Source: Candidatus Poribacteria bacterium
Lineage (GTDB): Bacteria > Poribacteria > WGA-4E > WGA-3G
Reading direction: 5' to 3'
Length of the DNA: 64,000 bases
Assembly: GCA_963663765.2 (NCBI GenBank)
Contig: CAXXUA010000003.1
Location: forward strand, 64,001 to 128,000
Shown one piece after another: positions 31,974 to 43,315 of the stretch. The translations under genes and the position numbers were made by a program. A model generated the notes under the pieces. The model had not been told where the DNA came from. It searched no databases and was given only the letters and a program-made list of their open reading frames with translations. The first letter of the stretch is position 1; each line of letters begins with the position of its first letter.

Positions 31974-34196
31974 TCAAAAACGTCTAACTAACTCCAATCC
32001 CAAAAAACGAGGCTCATTGACATAACCGGTCAAATTGTTAAAATCAATACCACCAGTGGGAGATGTATCGTTTAGGATATTGCGTCCCGTTAGGGCAATC
32101 TCAGTGACAGCATCTGGCAGCTGACATGCAAGGCGGACACCACCATTTAAAAGCCAATCATCACTATACTCCACTGAATCATAGAGAAAAAAGTGCACAC
32201 GACTACGAAACGCCCAATCTGTAGAAGCAATAATCCGAAAACCACCAGGAAGATCAAGAAAATAACGTAACGATATGTCAGCAATCCAAGTCGGTGCTTG
32301 CGGTAGACTATTCCCATCAATGTAAAAAGTATTCTCGTTAGAAGCTGGCGGATTCTGCACCGTACACGGCGCACCACATCCTACAACTGCTAAATTAGGA
32401 TCGTCAATACGTGTCTGGTTGTAACTAAATGCAGTTGAAATCTGGAGCGATGTTATTGGAAGGAAAATCAACTCTGCCTCAGCTCCACGTCCAATAGTGC
32501 TATCAGCGTTCACCAACCGATTAAAATTGGTCTCTCCACCCACCGCAGTCAGTTGTTGATCCCGCATCAAGTAGTTGAACACTGCCAGATTCATGTGTAA
32601 CCGCTGATCCCATAGACGTAGTTTCGTGCCACCTTCAATGGAAAAAACTGTCTCCGTCTCTGCGACTGTGACCTCATTACCAAACAACAAACGTCCCTGA
32701 ATACTGGGTGCACGAAACCCGCGAGCTACACGCAAATATGTCTGCACGTTGGATGATACCTCATAACGTAGACTAAGATCACCGCTCCACACCGTATCCT
32801 GCGGACTTTGATGGATCGGACCAATTGCACCTAACTCAGTCACAGCGGGGGCTTCGTCGCGCCATGCTGTATAGTCTTTCGCATCGTCAGACAACCGCAC
32901 ACCAGCACCAAATTCCAGTTCGTCAAGCAATTGGAACGTCATAGAAGCGTAAGCTGCTCGTGCTGTAGCAATTTGTTCCTGACGTGCCATACCATCTTGA
33001 ACTCCACTAGCCAAGGTATTATAATTGAAATCCTCCATCTCCACAAACTCATGGAAATAGTACAGTCCAAACTGGTAAGCAAGGCGACTCTCTCCAATAG
33101 TCATCAAACGGACTTCTTGACTCAACTGACGCAGCAAGGGTATACCAGACGCAGTCTCCGATGGAGATGGTATTACACCAGGACCGCTTGTCTCAGTAAA
33201 CACCGCACCATATCCACCATCAATATCACCACGAGAATATGTGGTAAGTCGCTCAAAACCTGTCAGTGAAACCAGTTGAAAATTACCAATGTCATAACGC
33301 ACCTCAAGCACTAATCCACCGGATCTCAGTGTCTGTTCATTTTGTGCATCGTGCGCGATAGTATCACGCGCAAAGTTATCCACCAAGTCTCCCCTGTCAG
33401 GTTCAAGGATATTCGCACGAAACAGACGTGATGTACCATCAAGATCGCGTCCATGAAATTTAAACCATGCCTCTAATTCTGGTATCGGAGTCCACAACAG
33501 TTGCAATCGTGCTGCTGAATCACGATATCCTCCTAAAACATCCTCTTCGTCCGTAAATTCATTATCTATCCAATCACTACGCCACTGATTAAGAATGGAA
33601 AGTCTCGCTGAAAGCACGTTCGGAACAAGTGGACCTGATACAACACCTTCAAAATTACTGCTGTTGAAACGCCCGTAACTCAAACGACCATACCCTTCTA
33701 AAGCCTGTGTGGGACGTGCAGATTCAAACTTCACGGTACCAGCTGGTGTATTACGACCAAATAGCGTACCTTGTGGTCCGCGCAACACCTCTATCCGATC
33801 CAGATCAAATACCGGGAAACCTTTCAACATGGTATTTTCAAGCACAACTCCATCGTAGAGTACAGAAACGGGCTGCGATGCGTTAAGGTCAAAATCCGTA
33901 TTGCCAAGTCCACGGATATAAAAGCGTGGAAACACACGACCAAATGAGGATTCCATCTGAAAACTCGGTGTCCGATTCGACAAAAACCGTATATCCAAGC
34001 CTGATGTTCGTAAGGTATCGGATTTATCCCCGCGTATCGTTGATACCGATAAGGGCACCTCAAATGACAACTGTTCACGTTTCCGGGCAGTAACAACAAC
34101 ATCCTCCAACTGAATCACATCATCCGTCTCTTCATCAGCATAGACTATTAAGGGTAAAGTTAGCATCACTAAAAAAACTATAATTATTATCTTCAT
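31974..34196 (-). CDS. TonB-dependent receptor
   Basis: Signal peptide, DVVVTARKRE TonB box, RIEVLRGPQGTLFGRN plug motif, terminal Phe. Confidence 0.93.
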   Translation of the reverse strand: MKIIIIVFLVMLTLPLIVYADEETDDVIQLEDVVVTARKREQLSFEVPLSVSTIRGDKSDTLRTSGLDIRFLSNRTPSFQMESSFGRVFPRFYIRGLGNTDFDLNASQPVSVLYDGVVLENTMLKGFPVFDLDRIEVLRGPQGTLFGRNTPAGTVKFESARPTQALEGYGRLSYGRFNSSNFEGVVSGPLVPNVLSARLSILNQWRSDWIDNEFTDEEDVLGGYRDSAARLQLLWTPIPELEAWFKFHGRDLDGTSRLFRANILEPDRGDLVDNFARDTIAHDAQNEQTLRSGGLVLEVRYDIGNFQLVSLTGFERLTTYSRGDIDGGYGAVFTETSGPGVIPSPSETASGIPLLRQLSQEVRLMTIGESRLAYQFGLYYFHEFVEMEDFNYNTLASGVQDGMARQEQIATARAAYASMTFQLLDELEFGAGVRLSDDAKDYTAWRDEAPAVTELGAIGPIHQSPQDTVWSGDLSLRYEVSSNVQTYLRVARGFRAPSIQGRLLFGNEVTVAETETVFSIEGGTKLRLWDQRLHMNLAVFNYLMRDQQLTAVGGETNFNRLVNADSTIGRGAEAELIFLPITSLQISTAFSYNQTRIDDPNLAVVGCGAPCTVQNPPASNENTFYIDGNSLPQAPTWIADISLRYFLDLPGGFRIIASTDWAFRSRVHFFLYDSVEYSDDWLLNGGVRLACQLPDAVTEIALTGRNILNDTSPTGGIDFNNLTGYVNEPRFLGLELVRRF

Positions 34197-34261
34197 ATTC
34201 TCCCCTTTCAAATATATAGTGTTGTATGTGATCTCCCAGTATGAATTGATTTTTTTGTGCA

Positions 34262-35296
34262 TTATTTTGCAAAGTGCTGTCGCACAAATGGCCATGCACC
34301 TGATTTGTAATACCGATGTCCCCCATCACCGATAAATAGTTCACACCTATCTGCCACTCCAGCAACCGTATAGATCTCCTTCAACCGTTGATATGCAAAC
34401 TTGACATGTTCTATCGGAAAAATACCATCGTCATGTCCTGCAATTGCACAGAACGGACGTGGTGCAATCAAACCTGCAACATCATACATCTCACCTAACC
34501 GCATCACACCCGGCACATAGTTGCATTCACAGTGCCGAATAGTGCCAATGCTCCCTTCAAACGTGCAAAAATAACAACTCGGTACTGCCACAGCAATGCG
34601 CGTTTCACAAGCCGCGGCAAAAAGCGATACCGTCCCGCCACCAGAGTTACCAGTAATCGCAATCCGTTCAGGATCAACCGGCAAATCCTCTATCGCCCAA
34701 TCAATCAGTCGTGACATATCCCACACCCGCTCACCAATTGGAGTCCGACCAACCAATATGCTATGAACCAACTGGTGTCTGCATGAATGCGTGTTATTGT
34801 TTTGTTTATCTGCTTCAGTACGTGTTTCTCCGAATGCACGGGTCGTCGGCGCAATAGCAATATATCCTTCCTCAACGACAGCCTGACGTGCAATGTCGCG
34901 TTCCCCTGCAATCATCTCCTGCTCCTCTTTTTCTGAATGCGCAATGCCAGCATAGATATGCGGATGGTTATGACCATGCGGCGCGAGGATTAACGGCAGC
35001 TTCCCATCAATGGATTTTGGACGAAGCAGGTAAAATGGTAACGGCACTGTCGGTTCCACCCACAAATACCAACTTTCCCTTACATGATCGTCCAAATCTA
35101 AAACATCCAACTGTTCAGCTTTCGGAATATAATCAGCCAAGTCAGATTCTATGTTATCTAAACCGAGAATATTCCGCAACTCAGGACGAAATTTGGCTTG
35201 CCATGCTAACAATCCTTCTCGTGTTGTCTCATGGAACTCATATTTCCTCGGTACTGTGTGGTATAAAGTTTCAAAATGTTTATCAGCGTTATACAT
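34262..35296 (-). CDS. Alpha/beta hydrolase (acetylxylan esterase/dienelactone hydrolase-like)
   Basis: GNSGGG nucleophile elbow, DGIFP and GGH. Confidence 0.85.
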   Translation of the reverse strand: MYNADKHFETLYHTVPRKYEFHETTREGLLAWQAKFRPELRNILGLDNIESDLADYIPKAEQLDVLDLDDHVRESWYLWVEPTVPLPFYLLRPKSIDGKLPLILAPHGHNHPHIYAGIAHSEKEEQEMIAGERDIARQAVVEEGYIAIAPTTRAFGETRTEADKQNNNTHSCRHQLVHSILVGRTPIGERVWDMSRLIDWAIEDLPVDPERIAITGNSGGGTVSLFAAACETRIAVAVPSCYFCTFEGSIGTIRHCECNYVPGVMRLGEMYDVAGLIAPRPFCAIAGHDDGIFPIEHVKFAYQRLKEIYTVAGVADRCELFIGDGGHRYYKSGAWPFVRQHFAK

Positions 35297-35326
35297 AAGG
35301 TTCCTCCTATTAAAATTCTATCCTAC

Positions 35327-35354
35327 TTGACAAAATTCGCATCAATGCTATAAT
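35327..35354 (+). promoter_or_regulatory. Sigma70-type promoter
   Basis: TTGACA-16 bp-TATAAT with TG extension. Confidence 0.6.
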
Positions 35355-35429
35355 AATAAACAACACACTAAAGCCTGTCAACTGAATTCAACTCAACATT
35401 ACGACAGGTTGAATATGAAAGGTTTTTCA

Positions 35430-36314
35430 ATGAAAGTATTGATAACTGGTGCTAGTGGTCGACTCGGTGCTTATGTCATCAGAGAATTGGCTGAACATCA
35501 TACACTCGTCCTAATGTCCCGAAGACTACCTGCAGACGAATTTTCAAAGTTACCGTTTATACAAGGCGACCTAAACAACTTTGAAGACTGCCAACGCGCT
35601 GTGGAAGGTATAGACGCTATCCAACACCTTGGCGCACAACCCGGTCCTGCCGATCATCCCGATATGCGTGCAAATGCCGAAGAAAAAGGTATACCTTTTG
35701 ATACAACTTTCAAAACCAATATGCTCGGCACCTACTACCTCATGCAAGCCGCAATTGAAGCAGATGTACAAACGGTGGTCATGTCCGGCAGCAACTGCGC
35801 ATTAGGGCATGGGTTCCGTATTAGCAAAACACACATACCAATCGATTACCTACCTATAGACGAAGAACATCCCTGCTACCCTGAAGATTCCTATAGTTTC
35901 TCCAAACGTTGTGGTGAAGACCTATTAGCAAGTTACACGCGTGCCTACGGTATCCGAACCTATATCACCCGTCCGGCAGGTATAACACCAGAGGAACGCA
36001 GGCAGCAGATGGCACAAAATGCCAAACCTACAAACGGTTGGACACCTTGGTTGTGGTGTTGGGTAGGCAGTGAAGACGTCGCAAGTTCACACCGTTTGAT
36101 CATGGAAAATGCTGACACACTGCCACCGCACGATGTCTATTTTCTAAACGCAGATGATACCTCTGCTTTAGAACCCTCCTTAGAACTGGTAGAACGTTTC
36201 AAACCGGAATTTCTGCCAAAAGTCAGGACACTAAAAGGACATCAATCGTTTATCAACTGTGACAAACTCAAAAATGCTGTCGGGTGGCAACACGAAACAT
36301 CTTGGAGGGAATAA
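35430..36314 (+). CDS. NAD-dependent epimerase/dehydratase
   Basis: ITGASGRLG and YSFSK motifs. Confidence 0.9.
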   Translation: MKVLITGASGRLGAYVIRELAEHHTLVLMSRRLPADEFSKLPFIQGDLNNFEDCQRAVEGIDAIQHLGAQPGPADHPDMRANAEEKGIPFDTTFKTNMLGTYYLMQAAIEADVQTVVMSGSNCALGHGFRISKTHIPIDYLPIDEEHPCYPEDSYSFSKRCGEDLLASYTRAYGIRTYITRPAGITPEERRQQMAQNAKPTNGWTPWLWCWVGSEDVASSHRLIMENADTLPPHDVYFLNADDTSALEPSLELVERFKPEFLPKVRTLKGHQSFINCDKLKNAVGWQHETSWRE

Positions 36315-36315
36315 C

Positions 36316-37398
36316 ATGGAAACGAGTGATCGAACCCGCATCGGTGTTGTCGGCGTAGGAAGTATTGCAGTGCGTGGCATTCTCCCGCACCTCACACAAG
36401 ACGATGTCCAAGATAGATTACAGGTAACTGCTGTTTGTGACCCTGTCCCTGGAAGAGCACAAGCCGCATCCAAAAAATTCAATATACCCCATGCTTACGA
36501 GACGTTTGAAGAAATGTTGGCAGAAGGTCATGTTGACGTTGTCAGCATTGCATCCCCCATAGGGATCCATTATAAGCAAGGCAAACTCGCTATTGAACAC
36601 GGTGTCCACGCACACTTCAACAAAACAATGACTACCACAGTTGATGAGGCTGATGACCTGATTGAATCGGCAAAGCGAAAAGGAGTCAAATTAGTCGCAT
36701 CCCCCGGACAAATGTTACGTCCGATACATCAAGAAATAAAAAGACTTATTGATGATGGTGCTATCGGAACGTTAACTTGGGCAGCAACCGGTTCATCCTT
36801 CGGCAGATACCATGAAGCGGAATCGGTTCGACACGGGAACGATGTCCTCTCTAACATCAATCCAGCGTGGTACTTCCGCAAACCAGGTGGCGGTCCACTA
36901 TACGACATGACCGTTTACGGACTGCATACAATGACAGGTATCCTCGGTCCTGTCAAGCGCGTAACCGCTTTCTCTGGTGTGCGTGTCAAGGAACGTGAAT
37001 TCCGAGGTGAGATGCTGCCATGCGATATGGATGATAACACTTTTATTCTACTTGACTTCGGTGAAGCTTTCTTCGGTTTTGTCTACGGTGCCGCGGCAGG
37101 ACACGCGATCAAAGGTGGATTAGCAATTAACGGAACCGCAGGTTCTATTGAGGGAAGCACAATCAACGGCAAACCAATTGACGCACCGAAAAGGCAACTG
37201 CCGCACGTCGTCGGACCGCATCGTAGCATACAGGAAGCACATGTGTTTGAAGACATCATGCAACTCGTTGACTGGATCCGCGAGGATAAACCTACCATCG
37301 TTACAGCGGAGCATGCACGACATGTCATTGAAATCTTTGATGCAGGATACCGATCAGCAGAGTCAGGACAAGCACAAGACCTCCGCACAACATTTTGA
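36316..37398 (+). CDS. Gfo/Idh/MocA family oxidoreductase
   Basis: GVVGVGSIA and GGGPLYD motifs; GGAGGG RBS before ATG 36316. Confidence 0.88.
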   Translation: METSDRTRIGVVGVGSIAVRGILPHLTQDDVQDRLQVTAVCDPVPGRAQAASKKFNIPHAYETFEEMLAEGHVDVVSIASPIGIHYKQGKLAIEHGVHAHFNKTMTTTVDEADDLIESAKRKGVKLVASPGQMLRPIHQEIKRLIDDGAIGTLTWAATGSSFGRYHEAESVRHGNDVLSNINPAWYFRKPGGGPLYDMTVYGLHTMTGILGPVKRVTAFSGVRVKEREFRGEMLPCDMDDNTFILLDFGEAFFGFVYGAAAGHAIKGGLAINGTAGSIEGSTINGKPIDAPKRQLPHVVGPHRSIQEAHVFEDIMQLVDWIREDKPTIVTAEHARHVIEIFDAGYRSAESGQAQDLRTTF

Positions 37399-37425
37399 CC
37401 TGTTTCAAAAAAAAGAGGTATTTTC

Positions 37426-39327
37426 ATGTTTGAACTTAAAAACAGAACCATATTATTCGTGGGTCTACTGATTCTTCTAAACAGCATGGCTTGTCAACAG
37501 AACCCGCGACTTCCAGAACCGTTGGAAACCAATTATGATCCCTCTACCCAACTCAGTTTACCAGAGGGTGCCAAGGCACGTATCGGCAAAGGTACAATAC
37601 AAGGAATTGAATATTCCGCGGATGGAACTCGACTCGCTGTGTTTAGTTCTATCGGAATCTGGATTTACGATGCTAAGACACTTCAAGAACTGTCACTACT
37701 TACGGTACATACGGATTACGTTTATAGTGGAAGCATTTCGTCAGACGGCACCAGAGTTGCAGCTGGTTCTCTTAAGGGTTCAGTCCATTTATGGAACACT
37801 AATACCAGTGAACGCTTATACACTTTGAATGAACATACCTTAACGGTGGATGCCATCAGTTTCTCTCCAGATGGAACGATACTTGCCACTGGGGGTTATG
37901 ATGGAAAGTTGCATTTGTGGCGGACTGCCACAGGTGAACATCTAAAAGGATCAACAAAACACACGAAACCTATTACTCACATTAGGTTTTCGTCAGATGG
38001 TAAAATGCTTGCTACCGCTACTGAGAGTGAAAAAAACAAAAAAGGTGGCACAGTATATTTGTATGATGTACAAACAGGCGCGACTCTAAAAACACTTAAT
38101 GGACATGATGACGACGTTAACAGCATTGATATTTCACCAGATGGTAAAACACTGGCAAGTTGCAGTAAAGATGAGACCGTTCGTTTGTGGAATATTACCA
38201 ATGGAAATAACATAAAAACATTATCAGGACATAATACTTGGGTCAAAAGTGTGCGTTTTTCTCCAGATGGTGAAACCCTTGCAAGTCAATCTTTTTCCGG
38301 CAAAATACTCTTGTGGAATGCTTCCACGGGCAAAAGGCTGAGTACACTTGACGACGATATTTTTCACTATGGAAAAGGAATATCTTTTTTACCTGATGCA
38401 GTAACAATTGCCAGTGCCAATCATAAGGACATTAATTTTTGGGACATTGAGTCAAGCAAACTCCTAAAGACACTTAGAGGGTATACGACTTGGATTGAAA
38501 GTGTGGACTTTTCTCCGGATGGCAAAAAAATCGCAACCGGCAGCGACGACAGACGGGTACGTTTGTGGGATGCTACAACTTGTAGACTGCTTACTATCTT
38601 TGATCAACATACATCCAGAGTCAAAAGTGTGTGTTTTTCACCGGATGGCAACACAATCGTAAGCGGCAGTGAAGACAAAACAGTACGTTTGTGGCATGCA
38701 ACGACCGGTAAACTTTTGAGAACACTTAAAGGGCATACAGGAATTGTCTTGAACGTTGATTTCTCACCAGATGGACGAAAGATTGCAAGCTGCGGGTGGG
38801 ACACAACAGTACGTTTGTGGGATGCAAATACCGGTAATCACCTTAGAACTCTACAGCATGACAAAATCGTCAATACCGTGTGTTTTTCACCAGACAGTCG
38901 AAAAATCGTAACTGACACTAACAAACTGCACTTATGGAGAGTTGCTACTGGTAGACGTTCAAGAATCATCGCAGACAATCTGGGATATGGTGTGAGTTTT
39001 GCGCCCAATAGCAAGCAATTCATAACTGGTGGACACAACAAAGTATATTTGTTCCCCGTTTCAAGGCTCGGATTCCGCAAAGAGTTTACAGGAAACACAG
39101 GCGGTTGGGTCAAAAACGTCAGTTTCAGTCCAGATGGACACACAATCGCAAGCGCAAATAAAAACGGAACAATTACTATATGGAATATCTCAACGAGTGA
39201 AGCATTACGGAATTTGACAGGGCATGGTTCTGCCGTCAATGAAGTTGCTTTTAGTCCGGATGGACGCACAATCGCAAGTGCAAGTAGTGATGGGACAGTG
39301 CTTTTGTGGGATGTTCCACTACAATAG
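37426..39327 (+). CDS. WD40 repeat protein, probable lipoprotein
   Basis: SMAC lipobox-like; LPEGAKARIGKG cap; many FSPDG…LW repeats. Confidence 0.92.
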   Translation: MFELKNRTILFVGLLILLNSMACQQNPRLPEPLETNYDPSTQLSLPEGAKARIGKGTIQGIEYSADGTRLAVFSSIGIWIYDAKTLQELSLLTVHTDYVYSGSISSDGTRVAAGSLKGSVHLWNTNTSERLYTLNEHTLTVDAISFSPDGTILATGGYDGKLHLWRTATGEHLKGSTKHTKPITHIRFSSDGKMLATATESEKNKKGGTVYLYDVQTGATLKTLNGHDDDVNSIDISPDGKTLASCSKDETVRLWNITNGNNIKTLSGHNTWVKSVRFSPDGETLASQSFSGKILLWNASTGKRLSTLDDDIFHYGKGISFLPDAVTIASANHKDINFWDIESSKLLKTLRGYTTWIESVDFSPDGKKIATGSDDRRVRLWDATTCRLLTIFDQHTSRVKSVCFSPDGNTIVSGSEDKTVRLWHATTGKLLRTLKGHTGIVLNVDFSPDGRKIASCGWDTTVRLWDANTGNHLRTLQHDKIVNTVCFSPDSRKIVTDTNKLHLWRVATGRRSRIIADNLGYGVSFAPNSKQFITGGHNKVYLFPVSRLGFRKEFTGNTGGWVKNVSFSPDGHTIASANKNGTITIWNISTSEALRNLTGHGSAVNEVAFSPDGRTIASASSDGTVLLWDVPLQ

Positions 39328-39435
39328 ATTATTGGAAGGACAGTTTAGCTAGAGAAAACTGATTTCTTGCTAAGTGTGCAACTTAACCTTGAAATCTACA
39401 AGATATAAAGAATCCTGTAGTACATAATCCGCGTA

Positions 39436-41106
39436 ATAGTAAAATCCATAATTACTTGGATACGACGGTAGGTTCGGTTAGAAAACCGCACCATAAGCGT
39501 CAATTTAAGAGTTTTGACCTTTTGTGGGAGGGGTTTTCAACCTTGATTTATAGTAAAATATACAAATAAGTTGACATATCTTCTGTAGGAGCGATCTCCG
39601 AATCGCGACTGAACGCCTTGATAGTCGGGAATCGGAGTTCCCTCCTACAAACAAACTGTCAAGGTAATTGTAAAATCCAATATAAGAGAAAATGTACGTA
39701 GAATCGGGGTTGAAAACCCATCCCACAAGAGAAACACGAACACTTTTTTCTTATAGTGAAATATACAATTAAGTTGACATATCTTCTGTAGGAGCGATCT
39801 CCGAATCGCGACTGAACGCCTTGATAGTCGGGAATCGGAGTTCCCTCCTACAAACAAACTGTCAAGGTAATTGTAAAATCCAATATAAGAGAAAATGTAC
39901 GTAGAATCGGGGTTGAAAACCCATCCCACAAGAGAAACACGAACACTTTTTTCTTATAGTGAAATATACAATTAAGTTTACACTTTTTCTGTAGGCGGGG
40001 AATGCCAATAGGCATTCATACCGTTGATTTCGATCTCCGAATCGCGACTGAACGCCTTGATAGTCGGGAATCGGAATTCCCTCCTACAAACAAACTGTCA
40101 AGGTAATTGTAAAATCCAATATAAGAGAAAATGTACGTAGAATCGGGGTTGAAAACCCATCCCACAAGAGAAACACGAACACTTTTTTCTTATAGTGAAA
40201 TATACAATTAAGTTTACACTTTTTCTGTAGGAGCGATCTCCGAATCGCGACTGAACGCCTTGATAGTCGGGAATCGGAATTCCTTCCTACAAACAAACTG
40301 TCAAGGTAATTGTAAAATGCACTATAAGAGAAAATGTACGTAGAATCGGGGTTGAAAACCCCTCCCACAAGAGAAACACGAACACTTTTTTCTTATAGTG
40401 AAATATACAATTAAGTTTACACTTTTTCTGTAGGCGGGGAATGCCAATAGGCATTCATACCGTTGATTTCGATCTCCGAATCGCGACTGAACGCCTTGAT
40501 AGTCGGGAATCGGAGTTCCCTCCTACAAACAAACTGTCAAGGTAATTGTAAAATCCACTATAAGAGAAAATGTATGTAGAATCGGGGTTGAAAACCCCTC
40601 CCACAAGAGAAACACGAACACTTTTTTCTTATAGTGAAATATACAAATAAGTTTACACTTTTTCTGTAGGCGGGGAATGCCAATAGGCATTCATACCGTT
40701 GATTTCGATCTCCGAATCGCGACTGAACGCCTTGATAGTCGGGAATCGGAGTTCCCTCCTACAAATAAACTGTCAAGGTAATTGTAAAATCCACTATAAG
40801 AGAAAATGTACGTAGAATCGGGGTTGAAAACCCCTCCCACAAGAGAAACACGAACACTTTTTTCTTATAGTGAAATATACAAATAAGTTTACACTTTTTC
40901 TGTAGGCGGGGAATGCCAATAGGCATTCATACCGTTGATTTCGATCTCCGAATCGCGACTGAACGCCTTGATAGTCGGGAATCGGAGTTCCCTCCTACAC
41001 CTGAAAGTGTAAGAATAATTCTAAAATCTACTATAAATTGACGCCTATAGTTCGGTTAGAAAACCGCACCTACCAGGGAGTGTAGACATATTTTGGATTT
41101 CACTAT
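39436..41106. repeat. Nested MITE/REP composite with seven tandem 203/236-bp units
   Basis: Units start at about 39548, 39752, 39955, 40191, 40394, 40630 and 40866. Outer ATAGTAAAATCC/GGATTTCACTAT ends. Inner CATAAGCGTC element 39492..41049 has a 20-bp flanking duplication. Confidence 0.9.
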
Positions 41107-41127
41107 AATATACAGGAGAATTGACTC

Positions 41128-41379
41128 ATGAAATTTGATGAACAAAAAAACGCAACATTAGACGGTCTCATTACATGCGATGCAGAGATTATGAGTGGCA
41201 CACCCGTTTTTAAAAACACCCGTGTTCCGGTAAAAAACCTGATTGACTATTTAGAGACTGGAGAAACACTTGATGAGTTTTTAGATGATTTTCCATCTGT
41301 CAACCGAGATCAAGTAGTCAAAATCTTGGAACTTGCCAAAGAAATGCTCCTAACACACGCTTATGCAAATTCTCATTGA
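41128..41379 (+). CDS. DUF433 family protein (putative antitoxin)
   Basis: IMSGTPVFKNTRVPV…LDEFLDDFP. Confidence 0.88.
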   Translation: MKFDEQKNATLDGLITCDAEIMSGTPVFKNTRVPVKNLIDYLETGETLDEFLDDFPSVNRDQVVKILELAKEMLLTHAYANSH

Positions 41380-41391
41380 GGAATTCAACTT

Positions 41392-42342
41392 ATGCCAAGA
41401 GCCTTATGTATCGGTGAACTGCTCATCGATTTTGTATCAACGACACCTGATCTCACTCTTGCCGACGCCCCTGGATTTGTCAAAGCCCCTGGCGGCGCAC
41501 CTGCTAACGTCGCTGTCGGTTTAGCCAAACTTGGTGTGGATGCGGGTTTCATCGGGAAAGTCGGAGCAGACCCGTTTGGTGATTTTCTGACTGAAACACT
41601 CCAGCAAAACAGTGTGGATACCACATATCTCATTGCAGGAGAAACATCCCGTACCACCTTAGCCTTCGTCGCAACCCGTTCTGATGGCATGAAAGACATT
41701 ACGTTCTATAGACACCCAGGTGCTGACATCCAACTCTCCCCCGATGAGATTGATACGAACTATATCCAATCAGCAGAACTGTTTCACTACGGTTCTGTTA
41801 GCCTCAGCCATTCACCGACGCGTGAGGCAACCCTGAAGGCAATCCAATGTGCGAAATCTGCAGGTGCATTCATCTCCTACGACCCCAATTTGCGACTGAT
41901 GCTATGGGACAATGCCGATGATGCCAAGCATTGGATTTGGGAGGTGATGCCTTATGCCGATGTTGTCAAAATCTCAGAGGAAGAGTGGGAATTCATTACA
42001 GGGGATGTAGAATTACAACGCGGTATTGAACAGATTCTCGGTCTCGGAGTGAAGTTGCTTGTTGTGACATTAGGCGAACGTGGCTGTTATTACACAAACG
42101 GAAACGCTGATGGATATGTTGAAGGTTTCACCGTCAAAGCCGTTGATACACTCGGTGCTGGTGATGCATTCGTCGCTGCAATGCTCTCCCGACTGATAAC
42201 GCATACTGACCTTACTTCACTTAACACCGACCAACTTGATGGTATTATGCGATATGCAAATACGGCGGGAGCATTGGCAACTCAAAAGGTGGGTGTGATT
42301 CCCTCTTTACCAACCCCACAAGAAATCGAACATTTTCTTTGA
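41392..42342 (+). CDS. PfkB family carbohydrate kinase (fructokinase-like)
   Basis: GGAPANVA, YDPNLR and DTLGAGDAF motifs. Confidence 0.93.
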   Translation: MPRALCIGELLIDFVSTTPDLTLADAPGFVKAPGGAPANVAVGLAKLGVDAGFIGKVGADPFGDFLTETLQQNSVDTTYLIAGETSRTTLAFVATRSDGMKDITFYRHPGADIQLSPDEIDTNYIQSAELFHYGSVSLSHSPTREATLKAIQCAKSAGAFISYDPNLRLMLWDNADDAKHWIWEVMPYADVVKISEEEWEFITGDVELQRGIEQILGLGVKLLVVTLGERGCYYTNGNADGYVEGFTVKAVDTLGAGDAFVAAMLSRLITHTDLTSLNTDQLDGIMRYANTAGALATQKVGVIPSLPTPQEIEHFL

Positions 42343-42381
42343 TTATCTATTTGCAGGTAGCGTAAAAAACAACTCGTATGA

Positions 42382-43116
42382 TCAAGGGAAATCTATTTGT
42401 AAACTCTGATTTCGTTCCAAAAGTCTTTGAAGCACTCCCATATCCTGAATTAGATTTTCTTTGATATGTAAATGCATTAAACCCGTTAGATTCGCTATAG
42501 GATCAATGTTTCTGATCTGATTCTTATCCAATGCTAAATGTGTCAATCCTGCCAAACCAGCAAGAGGAGAAAGAACAGATATTCGATTTCCGCTAAGCCA
42601 TAAGTGCGTGAGACGTTTCAAATTAGAAAGTGGTTTGACATCACTGAGTTGATTCCGTCTGACGTTTAGCAACTGCATCTGAGTCAAGTTAGCAAGCGGC
42701 GAAATATCACTAAGTTGATTGTCCCAGAGTCCTAATTCTGTGAGTTGTGTTAACCCTGCCAGCGGCGTAATGTCACTGATTTGATTTTTGCCGAGTCCTA
42801 ATTTCGTGAGTTGTTTTAAATTGGCAAGTGATGTAATATCCCTGACGTTATTGTCCCAGAACTCTAAGTATGTGAGTTGTGTCAATCCACTAATAGGTGT
42901 GATGTCGTCAATCTGATTCTTCTCAAGTTCTAAAACTTTTAAAGCTGTTGCCTTCTCCAGTCCTGTTAGGTCTTTTATACCTTTTTCTTCAGCATGGAGT
43001 TTCTCTAATTCTACCAATTTCCTTTGTGGAACAAGATCACTTACACCTAACCCCAGTGCATCTTTCACAGCAGCTAATAAGTTGGGATCTGGTATTGTTA
43101 CAGATGTACTCGCCAT
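42382..43116 (-). CDS. Internalin-like LRR protein
   Basis: IPDPNL cap and NQISDITPL repeats; AAGGA RBS before ATG 43116. Confidence 0.88.
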   Translation of the reverse strand: MASTSVTIPDPNLLAAVKDALGLGVSDLVPQRKLVELEKLHAEEKGIKDLTGLEKATALKVLELEKNQIDDITPISGLTQLTYLEFWDNNVRDITSLANLKQLTKLGLGKNQISDITPLAGLTQLTELGLWDNQLSDISPLANLTQMQLLNVRRNQLSDVKPLSNLKRLTHLWLSGNRISVLSPLAGLAGLTHLALDKNQIRNIDPIANLTGLMHLHIKENLIQDMGVLQRLLERNQSLQIDFP

Positions 43117-43315
43117 AGCGTGATATTCCTTTACTCTAGTTTGGACAATTTTCATCTTGTAGAAGTTGATTATTCAACAGAACGTCTATTTTTCTACGTG
43201 TTTCGTATATTTGTGAAACTGGAGAAAATGATGTGCTCCAGCGGAGTGCTATGTTGGCTGACAATGTGACTATAAACATATTGCTCCGCTGCAGCAAAGA
43301 AAGTTCCGTTTTGGT

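Noticed and set aside
39505-40368. Repeated small minus-strand ORFs (MGWVFNPDSTY…)
   Set aside because: They follow from the tandem non-coding units. The same applies to 54953..55282, 7809..8105 and 8477..8695.
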